A DNA stretch of 63,852 nt, filler included, from Cystobasidiomycetes sp. EMM_F5 (GCA_051047955.1; 12 parts of 12 records of this genome joined end to end with filler, not necessarily neighbours in it); one strand, 5' to 3'. Positions 35,731 to 48,374 are shown, counted from the first letter of the whole stretch. Numbers and translations are program-made. Notes: generated by a model not told the origin, from the sequence alone.

Positions 35731-36852
35731 TCAGCAATTCCAGGGCCTCATGCAGAAATAGAGCCACCCCACTGTGTAAAGACTAGTTAACATTGAAGTA
35801 AGCCAGTCTCGCTCCAGGAATGGCTGGGCGGGATCCCGTGGTACCGTAGAGCTTGATGTACATGTGATGGTCGTCAAAATAAAAAACCTCCCGCAACCCC
35901 TGAAGGCCTTTCCCGCTTTCTGCGGTATGCTATTCCAAAATCTCGTTATATAATAAAATGTACCGCTTGAGGCGTCCACATTACGTCTAGCGGGCGTTTC
36001 AGAGGCCGTTTCAGAGGCCGTTTCAGAGGCCGTTGCAGGGACGACACCCGATTCTATATCGGCTGCACGGGCTTCACCGGCTGGGACTGAGTAATTGAAG
36101 TATTTTTAGGTATCGACTGATGGAGGCCGAGCCACTGACTTACCGGCCGGTGCAGGATTAATGCGAGGCAATTCTTGTGGTGTCGACGTGGAAGCCTGCC
36201 TTGACGTTTCTTGCGTCGGATGCTGTTTACCATAAAAGGCGGCTTGATGCAGCATTTGTTGCGTTCCCAGCCAGATCAAGATTACGTGAACAATCATCCA
36301 TATGCAGAAGCCAATCAAATCATCCTTGTTTGCTTGCTCCTTCTTCGCCTTGGCAGTCTGCTGACTCCTGTGTTGTGAAAAATGCGCACGCAATGATGCG
36401 TTATTCGCAGAAGGACCCAATAATTCCGTATTTGCTTTACCGTCTCAGTGCGTATTCTTATTTGCGGCTTGCGCGTACGGTACGTACCATGCGAACCAAC
36501 ATGCTACTGTCATTAGCGCGAATACCGAGATACAATAAATGGTTTTCTCGAGCGTCGATTCTTGCCAATAATTGTATAAATTTCGGAAGGCATCTCGATC
36601 TTCTTTATTGCCGACACGGTCGTGTCCGGTCGTCGTCGTTGTGTTATACTTCCAACAATCTATAGCTTCAGCGTGAATATCTTCGCGTCCAGTAATTACA
36701 GCACTTACGTAGTGCATCAGTACTGCTTGACGAAACAGCAGAATGACCGTTAAAGAAAATCCCATGAGTGCAGCGACCAGGAAGTAAGTGGGAGTTACTA
36801 AGTCCTCAAGGGGTGGGAGGCTCTCATCCCCATCGGCTATCTTCGTACGCAT
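35731..36852 (-). pseudogene. Intronless orphan membrane-protein frame broken by two in-frame stops
   Basis: ORFs 36445-36852, 36106-36420 and 35731-35979 share one frame, with only TGA 36445-36447 and TAA 36106-36108 between them; several hydrophobic segments; in-frame TASE x3 repeat. Confidence 0.55.
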
Positions 36853-37389
36853 GGAGATGATGCAAGAGCGGCAGCTGCCGCGTCGGACTTCTGCTACGCG
36901 TCAAGAAGGACTTTGACGCTGAAGGAACAACCGGCATAGGGCGGTTGACCGCCACACATGAGAAGAAGCGGCAGCGGAGCGGAGCGGAGCGGGCCTGAAA
37001 CTCCCGAATATGGTATCTTGATCTATCTTATCACCTGCATGGTCACTTTGAGAATTCTCAGATTCATTTAGAGTGACATTGTAACAGCCAGCTGCAAAGA
37101 TTGTAGGTGAACGTAGTTATGATAGGTACAAGCGAGCAGGATGATGGGAGCCTGACATCGAGATCGGCAGTACTGTACATTCACGTTTGTGATGATGCTG
37201 TATGTACATGCGCCTATCAATGCCTAGTAACGGTGCACTTCACGATGCCTTGCCTTGCTATCTCGACATGGTCGATGTCGACTTATTACCGTAATGTGTT
37301 GTTATGCGTTGTTACTCCTATATTAGCGGATTGTATGCACCAGCCACCCTTTTGTTTAGTTGGCATTTATTTGCTTGAATTAAGAGGCA

Positions 37390-37932
37390 ATGTCGGCTCA
37401 GCTACAAGGACAAAGTACCCTGTCATATATAACTAGCTTTTCGCGCATGATGGCGGTTCGACCACAACCTCCATCGCTCCAGAAGCAGCCAGGACGGCCC
37501 AACTTTTCCGAAACTGAAACCGAGATATTCAGACAGGGTAACATCGAATGGGATGATTGGTCAAGACGGGTCATCTACTCCAAGTCTGCGGATGGCGAGA
37601 AGTGTGTTCTGGCGGTACAGACCCCTAAAAACGCAAGGGTCGGGGTCGCGTGGGAGTGCGAGCTGCTATCCACAAAAGGCCTGGCAAAGAGAGGCTATCA
37701 AGCCCATTTCATCCCTCTGCAGGACGTGGTGCACGTCAACGTTCGCGAGATCCTGAGATGCTTCGCCTATTCCCAGCTAGCTAATCCACACTCAGACGAT
37801 CCCGCCAAAGCACTTAAGACCTTCGACTACTACAACGACCTCTGCGAACGAAGCTGGGAAGCTGTCAATGCGGCAATTGACCGTCTCGACTCTGAACAGC
37901 TCAAGGACTCCACGTCTTCACATATTACGTAA
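37390..37932 (+). CDS. Hypothetical protein (may continue after an intron at ~37929)
   Basis: 180-aa ORF of globular-looking composition ending at a GTAAGC donor-like site; no family recognised. Confidence 0.4.
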   Translation: MSAQLQGQSTLSYITSFSRMMAVRPQPPSLQKQPGRPNFSETETEIFRQGNIEWDDWSRRVIYSKSADGEKCVLAVQTPKNARVGVAWECELLSTKGLAKRGYQAHFIPLQDVVHVNVREILRCFAYSQLANPHSDDPAKALKTFDYYNDLCERSWEAVNAAIDRLDSEQLKDSTSSHIT

Positions 37933-38391
37933 GCCATCGAAGGCGTCTCCAAAGAGTTTAAGCTTGGCTTGATGTTGACTATCCGATGGGATCTATCGAC
38001 AGTCCCGTGGATATACTCAGGCGTGGTCTGCTGGCCCCTTTAGAAGCCACTAAGAATCGGACGCAAGGTAAATATTCAAGGCAAAGACCGTCATTTGGCC
38101 AATGCGCTAATCGAACATTGGACTGCACGTTGAATCTTCAGATGCTTTACGCAAAGCTTCTACTTTGACGCCTCACGGTCTATGGCTGAGCGTTCGCTGG
38201 TTCTTTGCCACCCCTGGCGCTCTGGAAGGCCTTGTCACTCCGCTTGGCTGAGCAGAGCGGCAGCCATACGATTGGACAATGGAGATGCACGGCACGGATC
38301 ATTGCGGCAGCGGTGACGGTCCGGAGATAAATCATCGTCTCTGATGAACGAGCTTGTAGCAGCGTGTCAGGCGAATTGTATGGCAAATACA

Positions 38392-39947
38392 TCATTGCGA
38401 CCAGCCGGACTGAGGCGGGTGCGACCACATCCACGTATGTCTTGTCATTATCCTTCTGTACGACAATGTTAGCAAACACATCGCACAAGCCATGTAGAGA
38501 GCCCACCACACGAATCTGAGCATAAGCTTCTTCATGCGCGGCTGCGAGATCTCATTGTTTGACATTCTGGCAATATCTCTATCGCTTCCCTGTAGATCCA
38601 GGATGTCGCATTCTGTCTGCTTGAACTTACCTTGCTCCATCAACTCGACGAGGTCTTTGCTCATCTTCATGCGTTCGGCCCTGCTGGCTCTAGCATACCA
38701 GGTAGTCATCCAGAACCCCACGCTATTTAAACCTCTGAAGATGAGGAGTGAGGAAGGGAGTGACAGTGGCTGCTTGCTCATTGCGCCGTATGTCACGAGT
38801 GTAGCATCCTTGCCGAGCAGTTTCGCCATGGCTGTTGTTGTAGGGCCTCCGACGCAGTTCAGCGCAAGACGCATTGGAGAAGATGAGATTTGTTCTGCTG
38901 GTCGCTTCTTGAAGGATTTGTCCTCCAATTCGGAATATGGATAAACAAGATCAGCACCGAGGGACTCGAGGTTCGTCCGCAGTCCGGCCATGTCGTTCCT
39001 GTCGACACCAGTCAGGCAGGTTGTAAGGCGGGTTTTCACGCACACACCTATCGCGAACAAAGTTTATCGTCTTCAGCCCCCATTGTTTCGCTAGTTGGAT
39101 GACGGCTAATCCGACTTGAGAATTCGCGCCATTCTGCAGGATCCATTCGCCTTGCTGCAAGTCTGTTACTGGGTCTTTGAGCATTCGATAAGCTGTGCAA
39201 GGGTTAATGGCAAGTGTGGCAGCTTGTATATCGGTAAGCGAGGATGACGCATCGCGGGGTACCGGAAAGAGGGCATTTGCCGATATGTTGGCGTGGCTTG
39301 TCCATGTCCCTACATGAATTCCCTCAGAGTGCATCGAGTTCCGCAGTGCACGAATGCATACCTAGCTGTGGCTTGCCCATGATCACTGTATAGACGAGCT
39401 GTCAGCGCCATGCAATTATGCATATTGCATTTGACCAACCCCAGTCGCCTTCCTTATAATCTACATCCACTCCTTCCGGTATGTGTTCTACTATCGCTAA
39501 ACCTTCGTTACCTCCAATGTACAGCGGTTCAGAGTCTGGCAAGAGATTCTCGCGCGGTTTTGGTCGTTCCGGATAAACACCCTGAATGACATTGAGATCT
39601 GCTGGGTCTGAGGAAACAAGAAAGTATCAGAGGGAGTGACGAGGGCATCTGAAAAGCTACGCGGCCGACTTTGCGGAGACAGTTTGAAGCGGACACGGAC
39701 TTGGTCATTTGTCGGTTTGGGGAGTTTGTAAGTGATGGCTCTCAAGACCTGGCGTCATCCATCAGTGATAGTATACGGGAGACGCAGTATTTCTGCATCA
39801 GACCTCATTCGGCTCGCCGTGCTTGCTGTAAACCAGTGCCCGGGCAGTCACTTCTGCTACAGACGACGCAAACCGCCGTCGAGACGTCTGGCTGTAGTTG
39901 TGCATGATCTGGCAGCATATCCTGCATGTTATACTGGCTTTGAGCAT
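38392..39947 (-). CDS. ETR1: Mitochondrial trans-2-enoyl thioester reductase (ETR1/MECR-like), multi-exon; ends approximate
   Basis: ARALVYSKHGEP, AATLAINPCTAYRML, WILQNGANSQVGLAVIQLA, LALNCVGG, LVTYGAMSKQPL. Confidence 0.88.
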
Positions 39948-40045
39948 GTTTCGGTCATATGGAAAGCAAAGATGTTATGAAACACGCAAACGACGAAACG
40001 GCTTGCTTTCGACCATTTGGACAGTAGCTGCGAGATACAAAGACC

Positions 40046-40423
40046 ATGGCAGATTTGGAGAAGCACTACAGAGCATACATCGACACCATCAACGCCCGCG
40101 GCGCCCAGCTCAGCGGTAACGATTTGGAGATATTTGTGCACAACCAAGTCACCCATAACAAGAGAAGCCTGTCGCGCAAAGAGTACGCTACTCTGTGTAG
40201 CGACGCCTTTAGAGCTATTCCCGATATTCACTTCAGCTTGAAGCTGGTCATGAAAGACGGCGACCGTATAGCAGCCATAATCAATTTTGACAACTGTCAC
40301 CCCGTCGCCGAGCTGGCTGGGATGCGCGCAAGACAGAAGCAAGTCTCCTTCTCCGAACACGTCTTTTGTGATTTTGTCGACGGGAGAATATCCAACGTCA
40401 CAAGCATCGTCGACTGGGCAGCT
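40046..40423 (+). CDS. SnoaL-like/ester cyclase (NTF2 fold) protein, 3'-truncated
   Basis: YRAYIDTIN...FVHNQVTHN...AIPDIHF...VSFSEHVF...DGRISNVTSIVD pattern. Confidence 0.8.
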
Positions 40424-40644
40424 NNNNNNNNNNNNNNNNNNNNNNNNNNNNNNNNNNNNNNNNNNNNTTAATTAATTAANNNNNNNNNNNNNNNNNNNNN
40501 NNNNNNNNNNNNNNNNNNNNNNNCTTGCACCGACCTCGTCCGTAAACCCCTAAGTACTCCTACGTACTTTCCCCCGGGGGGGCCGGTAGCCCGACAACTA
40601 GAACAGAACTCGGACTTTGTCCTCGCAAGTCCTTAAAGAAAACC

Positions 40645-41694
40645 ATGGACACTCAGCAACCTCAAGTACCTCAAGCCAGTCCGGAATAAGTCATCGCCAA
40701 CCATGCTATGGAAGCACATCAAATTGCTGAAGCAGCACTACAAGACGCAAGAACAGCCGCAGCCACTGCCAACGCAGCTGCAGCTTTTACGACTTCATCT
40801 GGCTTGGGCCGACTCTTCAAGAAACCAGATGAATATGATGGCAAAGACAAGAATGCCTGCTCGGACTTTCTTTCGCAAGTCCGACTATTCATCGCAGGGA
40901 ATTCACACCTATTCCCTTCCGACACCGCCAAAATCACCTTCGTGGCCACCTATCTCCGAGGACGAGCCTTCGCATGGATCGAACCGTACCTCAACAAACC
41001 TGGCGAGCAGCTCATGCTCGATTTCGACTACTTCGCTCAGCAAATGGAAAGAGCTCTGGGCGACCCGGACCGCACGCACACCATGACCAAACGCCTTAAG
41101 TCACTCCGCCAAACCGCCTCGTGCACCAACTTCCGCACGGAATTCGATAGCATCGCTCAGTACCTATCGATCAACGAAGCTGGACTCAAGACATACTTCT
41201 ACGATGGACTCAAGCCAGAAGTCAAAGATGCTCTCGCTTTGGTCGTCGAAGAACCTCAAGACTTCAAGGAATTTCAAGATCTCTGCGTCCGGATCGACAA
41301 CCGGCTCTACGAGCGCAAGCAAGAATCTCGTGGAGGTTTTATCAAGCCTGGATTCTCTTCTGGGTCCAAACCATCCCACTCCTCCTCCACTTCCCACCGT
41401 AAACCGTCAAGACCCGAATATCGACCATCAACATACACTCGTCAAGTCTCCATGCCGATGACAATGGACATCGATGCTACTTCCACGCGTCGATTCAAGC
41501 CATTGACACCCGCCGAACGTCAGCATAGGATGGCAAACAATCTATGCCTCTATTGCGGTAAAGCAGGTCATCGAGCGACCGATTGCCCAGCCAAGAGGGC
41601 AAAACCGGGTCAACCATCTGGTCAACGACTCCAAGCAACACTTTCTGCTCCTCTGGACAAGAACAACCGGAACAAGACGAAGCCGGAAAACTAG
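40645..41694 (+). CDS. gag: Gag with an in-frame TAA at codon 15 (40687-40689); open from ATG 40708
   Basis: [21 protein letters not shown] aligns to element 2 MDTQQ...[28 protein letters not shown]. Confidence 0.92.
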
Positions 41695-44600
41695 AATGTC
41701 CGACTGCAACGCGCCTCGCGTCGGACCTGGAACCTCAGTGGCGCCTATCAACTCTCCAAGCCAGTGCTGCCACTGCCTCAAGAAACACCACACACTTCGT
41801 CATTGCACTCAAGATGCATCAAATCCTGCCTGACAACAACGCCGTTGCCCTTCCCGCCTATGCCCTAATCGATAGTGGGGCATCTTCCGACTTCATCGAC
41901 CGACGCTTCGTGGAGCGTTACGGTCTTCAAGCTGTCTTAAAGGATAATCCCTCAGCACTCTACGTCATCGATGGACGACCCATCGCTTCTGGAAACATCA
42001 CCCACTCCTGCAATGTCAAGATCACAACTGGTGGACGCCCCTACCCCATCAATCTGGACGTCACCCAACTTGGAATCTATCCTGTCGTTCTGGGCATGCC
42101 ATGGCTGCGTGCTCACAACCCCAAGATCGATTGGAAAAGGAAGATCCTTACAATCGAATCATCCGACTCAGAAGGAACGCCTATCGAAATCCGAGCACTC
42201 CCTTTCGTTCCTACTTCTACCTCTGCACCTCTGGACATTGCATTCCTGGACTCAGCCGCCCTCGAAGCCGCTGCAAGTCAATCTGGCTCTACCGTGGGCA
42301 CCCTGTTCTATCATGCTTCCGACTGCATGGAATTTGGTGCTGTCACCGATGGTGCTTTCCAACCACCATCCTCCGAAGAAGACCTCCCCGATCCCGAAGA
42401 CTACATCACAACCCTCAAGACGACTGTACCGTCGGAATATCACGACATGCTATCCGCATTCTCCAAGACCAAGGCCGACACTCTTCCGCCTCATCGTCCC
42501 TACGATTTGAGCATCGAACTGGAGGAAGGCAAATCTCCACCCTATGGACCTCTCTACTCTCTCTCGGAACTGGAACTCAAGGCTCTCTCGGAATGGCTAG
42601 AAGACAATCTATCCAAAGGCTTCATCCGAGATTCTCCTGCTGGTTCACCCATCCTTTTCGTCAAAAAGAAGGATGGATCCCTCCGCCTCTGTGTGGATTA
42701 TCGCGCTCTCAACAACATCACCATCAAGAATCGATATCCACTCCCCCTCATCCCTGAAGCCCTCGACCGCTTGCGACGAGCAAAAATGTTCACCAAGCTG
42801 GATCTTCGCGGCGCTTACAATCTGGTCCGCGTCAAGGAAGGCGACGAATGGAAAACCGCTTTCCGCACACGATACGGACACTTCGAGTGCCTGGTCATGC
42901 CGTTTGGCCTTACAAATGCCCCGGCAGTGTTCCAACACTTCATGAACGATGTGTTCCGCGACATGCTAGACCATACGGTACTAGTCTACCTGGACGACAT
43001 CCTCATCTTCTCGGACTCCCCGGAACAACATCCCGAAGACGTTCGCAAAGTCTTGCAACGCCTCTCCGACAACAATCTCTACGCCAAAGCGGAGAAATGC
43101 GAATTCTCCGTCACCAAGACCGAGTTCTTGGGCTTCATCATTGCCGCCGATGGCGTCAGTATGGCTCAGAACAAAGTCGACTCTGTCTTATCCTGGCCTG
43201 AACCGACGAGAGTTCGCGAGCTACAACAATTTCTCGGCTTCGCCAACTTCTACCGTCGCTTCATCCAAGGATACTCCCGGATCATCTCTCCTCTTACAAG
43301 ACTCCTTAAGAAGGACACCAAATACCATTTCGATGAACCTGCAAGAGAAGCGTTCAATCGTATTAAAGCGGCTTTCACGACAGCCGACTTCCTCCGACAC
43401 TTCGACCCTTCTCTTCCAACCGTCATCGAAACCGACGCTTCGGACTACGCTATATCTGGCGTCCTATCACAATATCACGATAAAACCCTGCATCCCGTTG
43501 CGTTCATGTCTCGCAAGATGAACCCCGCCGAACGCAATTACGAAATTCACGACAAGGAACTTCTCGCTATCGTGGAATCTATCAAGATCTGGCGACACTA
43601 TCTGGAAGGTCTCAAAGAACCTTTCGTCATTCTATCGGATCATCAAGCACTTCAATATTTCCAAACCTCGAAAACCTTGACCAGACGCCAAGCAAGATGG
43701 TCTGAGGTCATCAATCACCACAAATACATCATCAAATACCGATCTGGCGAAAAATCTGGCAAACCGGATGCTCTCAGTCGTCGTCCCGATTTTGCAGCGG
43801 GGAGTAAAGCTAGCGAAGAAGAACCACTCGTACTTTTGCGCCCGCAAAGCCTCTCTGCAACATTCAGGGTACGAAATTCGACATCAGAGCTCATCCCGGA
43901 CATCAAGACATTCCAGCGGCTGGATCCCGCTGTCGACGAATACATAGAAACTCTGGAGACCGAAGGAGCCAATCGTGACGACGTACCAGAAGCCTTCACA
44001 ATGGGGACTGGAGTCGTCAAAGGCATACTACTCATTCGTGGACTCATTTACGTCCCAAACTATGAAACCATCAAAGTTCGCGTCCTGCAAAACGCACACG
44101 ATGCTATGGACGTCAATCACCCTGGACAGGCCAAGACTCTGGAATACGTTCAACGGAACTACTACTGGCCACACATGCGAGAGTTCATCAACGAGTACAT
44201 CCGCTCGTGTGATGTCTGCCAACGCAACAAAGCCGACCATCATCGACCCTACGGACTACTGCAACCTCTCCCAGTACCCGAAGGTCCCTGGCTTTCACTT
44301 TCTATGGATCACATCATCGGACTCCCACGCTCCCACGGCTATGATGCTATCCTAGTTGTCGTGGATCGCCTCACCAAAATGGCACACTTCATTCCCGCCA
44401 AAACTACCGACACCGCCAACACACTTGCACGCCAATACCTGGATCACATCTGGCGCGCACATGGACTCCCAAACGACATCGTCTCCGATCGAGGCCCAAC
44501 CTTTGCCTCCGAGTGGTGGACCGAATTCCTCAAGCTCCTCAAAGTCAAACCGGCACTCTCCACTTCCTTCCATCCCGAAACCGACGGTCAGACAGAGAGA

Positions 44601-45446
44601 GTCAACCAAACTGTTGAATTCTTCCTGCGCAACTACTGTGAATATTTGATGACCGATTGGTCGGAACTCCTCCCCATCGCCGAGTTCTCCTACAACTCTA
44701 CCCACCACTCCACCATCGGCATGTCACCCTTCTACGCCAACTACGGATACCACCCTCGCATGACCCTCACCGCTGAGGACTCATCCGTACCCGACGTGGA
44801 TCGACGCCTGGCAAAAATCCGTCGCGCTCACGAGAACGCTGGCGAGATGATACACCACGCACATCAACAACACATCCTCTGGGCGAACAAGCATCGAATG
44901 CCAGCCCCACCCTTCAAGACTGGCGACCTCGTACTTCTCAGAAGGTACAATCCCCGTTCTGGCAAGCTTCAAATCCGCACGGACCGCCCAATGGACAAAC
45001 TGGACGCGAAGAAACTTGGTCCCTTCGAAATCACCCGACCTGTTGGACAATCAAGTTTCCGCCTGGATCTACCACCCACTATGAAGATCCATCCGGTCTT
45101 CCACGTATCTCTTCTCGAGAAATATCGGCCGAACGTACATCCTGAAAGGATGGTACCTCTTCGCCCTGATCCTGTCGCAGAACTCCCTGAAGGTACATAC
45201 CTCGTCGAAGGGATAATGGATTCTCGAATCCACCATGGCGAACTGGAATATCTCTACAAATGGAAAGACTACCCATCATCCGACAACTCCTGGGGTCTCG
45301 CTTCCGACCTCCGCAACAACGACTCTCTGGTCATCGACTTCCATCGCCGACATCCGGATCGCCCTGGCTACGAACGTATCCATCTACCCGCCAAGCAACG
45401 CTTCAATCTGGCTCAACTCCCTCGTGTCGCAAGACGTGCCGTCTGA
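41685..45446 (+). CDS. pol: Pol (PR-RT-RH-IN-chromodomain), -1 frame relative to gag
   Basis: LIDSGA, YLDD, ETDASD, HHCC/DDE, GPF and YLVEGIMD...YLYKWKDY; 2-aa deletion (IRDSP vs IRASRSP) relative to element 2. Confidence 0.97.
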   Translation, partial: GKLECPTATRLASDLEPQWRLSTLQASAATASRNTTHFVIALKMHQILPDNNAVALPAYALIDSGASSDFIDRRFVERYGLQAVLKDNPSALYVIDGRPIASGNITHSCNVKITTGGRPYPINLDVTQLGIYPVVLGMPWLRAHNPKIDWKRKILTIESSDSEGTPIEIRALPFVPTSTSAPLDIAFLDSAALEAAASQSGSTVGTLFYHASDCMEFGAVTDGAFQPPSSEEDLPDPEDYITTLKTTVPSEYHDMLSAFSKTKADTLPPHRPYDLSIELEEGKSPPYGPLYSLSELELKALSEWLEDNLSKGFIRDSPAGSPILFVKKKDGSLRLCVDYRALNNITIKNRYPLPLIPEALDRLRRAKMFTKLDLRGAYNLVRVKEGDEWKTAFRTRYGHFECLVMPFGLTNAPAVFQHFMNDVFRDMLDHTVLVYLDDILIFSDSPEQHPEDVRKVLQRLSDNNLYAKAEKCEFSVTKTEFLGFIIAADGVSMAQNKVDSVLSWPEPTRVRELQQFLGFANFYRRFIQGYSRIISPLTRLLKKDTKYHFDEPAREAFNRIKAAFTTADFLRHFDPSLPTVIETDASDYAISGVLSQYHDKTLHPVAFMSRKMNPAERNYEIHDKELLAIVESIKIWRHYLEGLKEPFVILSDHQALQYFQTSKTLTRRQARWSEVINHHKYIIKYRSGEKSGKPDALSRRPDFAAGSKASEEEPLVLLRPQSLSATFRVRNSTSELIPDIKTFQRLDPAVDEYIETLETEGANRDDVPEAFTMGTGVVKGILLIRGLIYVPNYETIKVRVLQNAHDAMDVNHPGQAKTLEYVQRNYYWPHMREFINEYIRSCDVCQRNKADHHRPYGLLQPLPVPEGPWLSLSMDHIIGLPRSHGYDAILVVVDRLTKMAHFIPAKTTDTANTLARQYLDHIWRAHGLPNDIVSDRGPTFASEWWTEFLKLLKVKPALSTSFHPETDGQTERVNQTVEFFLRNYCEYLMTDWSELLPIAEFSYNSTHHSTIGMSPFYANYGYHPRMTLTAEDSSVPDVDRRLAKIRRAHENAGEMIHHAHQQHILWANKHRMPAPPFKTGDLVLLRRYNPRSGKLQIRTDRPMDKLDAKKLGPFEITRPVGQSSFRLDLPPTMKIHPVFHVSLLEKYRPNVHPERMVPLRPDPVAELPEGTYLVEGIMDSRIHHGELEYLYKWKDYPSSDNSWGLASDLRNNDSLVIDFHRRHPDRPGYERIHLPAKQRFNLAQLPRVARRAV

Positions 45447-46308
45447 CCTACCCCTCTCAGGAGTTCGGTTTGAACCCGGGGGTACTGTCACGCACACCAA
45501 AAACTCGATCACTTGCAAAGGGTCAAGCCGGCCGTCTCTCNNNNNNNNNNNNNNNNNNNNNNNNNNNNNNNNNNNNNNNNNNNNTTAATTAATTAANNNN
45601 NNNNNNNNNNNNNNNNNNNNNNNNNNNNNNNNNNNNNNNNAACGCCCACTGACATAACATTCGGCGCAGGGCGATGAAGTGTAATTTAGTGCTCAAGGCT
45701 GTCAAAGAGTAACGCATGACAAGGTGTACTATTTTCTAGATTTCGGCACTGGACAAACGCATCGAAGACTTGTGATCATCGTCATTATGCCTTTTCACTG
45801 ACCGCAAGTCCGAATGGCGCAAACGTCAGAGCTTGAGCACACTTCCAGGCCACTGCAACATTTTCACCGTCAGATGGCTGATTGCCGAAACGCTATTGTG
45901 GAGCAGCGAGTGTGTTTGTGATGCCTGTACCCTTGCTCAATACTTGTACATTCCGGCACGCAAATGGTTAGTAAACAGCCTTAGAGAACGTTGTCAGACA
46001 ATCTGGGTAAGCTCTCGCTCGCATTGAAACGGCAATTAAGGATTCAGAAACGAGCTACATTTTCAACGATGTCTCAGCCCAGGCCATCTTCAACTGAATT
46101 GACCCAGTCCGATGTGGACGGCGCTGAACCTGCGCTTAACCGAACATACTTGACTCAGCAATACGACGGTCAGATGGCCCTGACCTTGCTGGATCCGCTC
46201 CACATTCTTGCGCGGCTGTCATACATGTGTGCCTCTCGGTACAGCTCACAACGTTTCACTTCCCTAGATTTTCTCTTCAGCCTTTCAGTTTGTCACAGCC
46301 GATTTGCC

Positions 46309-48374
46309 CTATACACCCTTTACATCGTTGTCGTTGCTGTTCGGATTCCACGAACCTGTTGAATGGCCATGACGGTGTAGGTCTTCCAGTGGAGCATCAA
46401 CCCCGTAGTGCATTGTAGCAGCTGTGTCGCCGATGAAGAAGCAGAGGACAAGCGCAACCACTCCAAAGGGGACGGCAATGATATAAACAATGCGGAAGCT
46501 GTCGGCAAGAGCCTGCAGCAGTCCACTGGCACTGGCTAGCAGCACTTGTATTGATGCACCCGGAATATTGTTCGTGCTCTGCTTGCCGAGAAATGCAGGT
46601 ACAAAGGCAGGAAGAGACGACGGCGGCAGGCCAGCAGCTACGGCAGCAGAGGCAACGTACTCGGGAAGCTTCACATTGAGCTGATTGGTCAGCGCCGCGC
46701 CATAGACAGCTGTGAAAGCAGAAGCTGCTACGGCCGGTGAACTGGTAACGACTGCCGTTGCAGTGGCGATAAGGTGATGAGGCGTCGAAAGCTGCACGCC
46801 TGTCACGACCAACACCAGCGCACCAGCATAGCCTATGCCAGAAAGGCCATCAAAGACAATGGCACGCGTCGAATCTTGAGGCTGAATAGTAGTCATTCCA
46901 ACTACTCCTGCAAGGAGGCATATGAAAGCAGCAAACAGAGGAGAGCGTATGGTTCGCCGCTTGCTGGACCAATACCCGTAGAACAGCGTCGCGAGGAAGC
47001 CGGCTATCCAGAAGGGTGTACCTCTGGCCGTAACCAAGAAGGCATCCTCCTCGAAGAGTGCTGCAGTCTGTACGGGGTAGAAGACAACGTATGGGAAGAG
47101 CAGAATCGCTTCGATGAAGATCAACCCGATGCAAATGGGGAATGTTCGACCACCCGAGAAGAGATCGTGGTGAAGCATGCCCGTATGAGTCACTTTCCAT
47201 TCGTAGAGTCCGTAGCATACTAGAAGTCCGAAGCCCGTCACTAGGGTCGCTACTACACGGGCATCAGACCAAACCCAGGGATTGCCACCGAGTGAGAGGC
47301 CAACGAGCAGCAGTGTCAGGCCTGCCGTGAGCTAAACCAAGATGCTTTAATCCTGTCCACTCCTGTGTATAGGCGTCATGTTTCACTTACTAAGAACATG
47401 CCAGGTAGATCGAGTCTGCCCAATTTCTGCCACAATGATAATCCATCCAACTTGGTGTGCCTCTTTGGTGGTTTATAGCCAATTGCGATAGCGATTAGTG
47501 TGATTCCCCAAAAGCCCATCTGCACCCAATAGAACTTGCGCCAACCCCCTAGTCCAAAATTCCTGACTAGAGCGCCGGCAGTTCTGCGTATCCATAAGAT
47601 CAGTTCGGGGCTTACCAGGCTGAGGTAGCAGTGCACTCACAGGGGACCTATGATTGCTCCAAGTGACGCAGCTGCATTCATTACCGATTGCGCAAGGGGT
47701 CGCCATCGACGAGGTAAAACTTCGGAGGGTATAGAGTATGCCAGAGGTACGCATGCGAACCCGAAGCCGATGAGCATTTGCGCAACGATAATGCGGTAGA
47801 TGGAGCTGGCTCCCGGTGCGATAGCACAACCAATGACGGAGATTGCGCAGGGTACGAGTAGAAGCACTTTGCGAGCTTGAAAGGTGTCTGAAGCAAAAGC
47901 CTGCATATACGCGCCGCTGGTCAACCGCCCACTCAAGGCGAGTGATGAAGAGCGGCTGTGACACTTACAATTACAGGGCCCATGACGGCTTGAACAAGTG
48001 AAAGAGCATTGGGGATCCAGTTTTGATCTCGTACACCGTCCAGGTCGGTTGCTATATAGGTTGCCTAAACGTTGAAGCCACGCCGTAGAGATGTATAGCG
48101 CGCCGAAATTAGCCTCTTGCAGTCCGCGGATCAAGTCAGAACGCACCACTGCGGGCGGACCGTTGAGGGCGACCAGCATGCTCAAGTTGAGCATAAATAT
48201 AGCCGCGAGGGCAACGTAAGTACGCCAATGGAGTACGGGCTCCTCGTCTTTCTCATCGTATTGCTCTACTTTGGGCGAGGCATAGGTCTCGCTGGCCTTC
48301 TGCAAGGTCGTCAGCTCGATGTGATCAGCTGTAGGCTTTGGCTCGGCCTCGCGACCATGGAGCTGGTCTGACAT
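46309..48374 (-). CDS. MFS transporter, TRI12/siderophore-type 14-TM family, multi-exon
   Basis: EPVLHWRTYVAL, ASDTFQARK, IPSEVLPRRWRP, WRKFYW, YKPPKRHT, QLSTPHHLIATAT. Confidence 0.9.

Larger units (their letters stand above)
40524..45540 (+). mobile_element. Near full-length Ty3/gypsy chromovirus (element 3); partial LTRs 40524-40596 and 45486-45540
   Basis: Close paralogue of element 2 with the same PBS, PPT and domain order. Confidence 0.97.
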
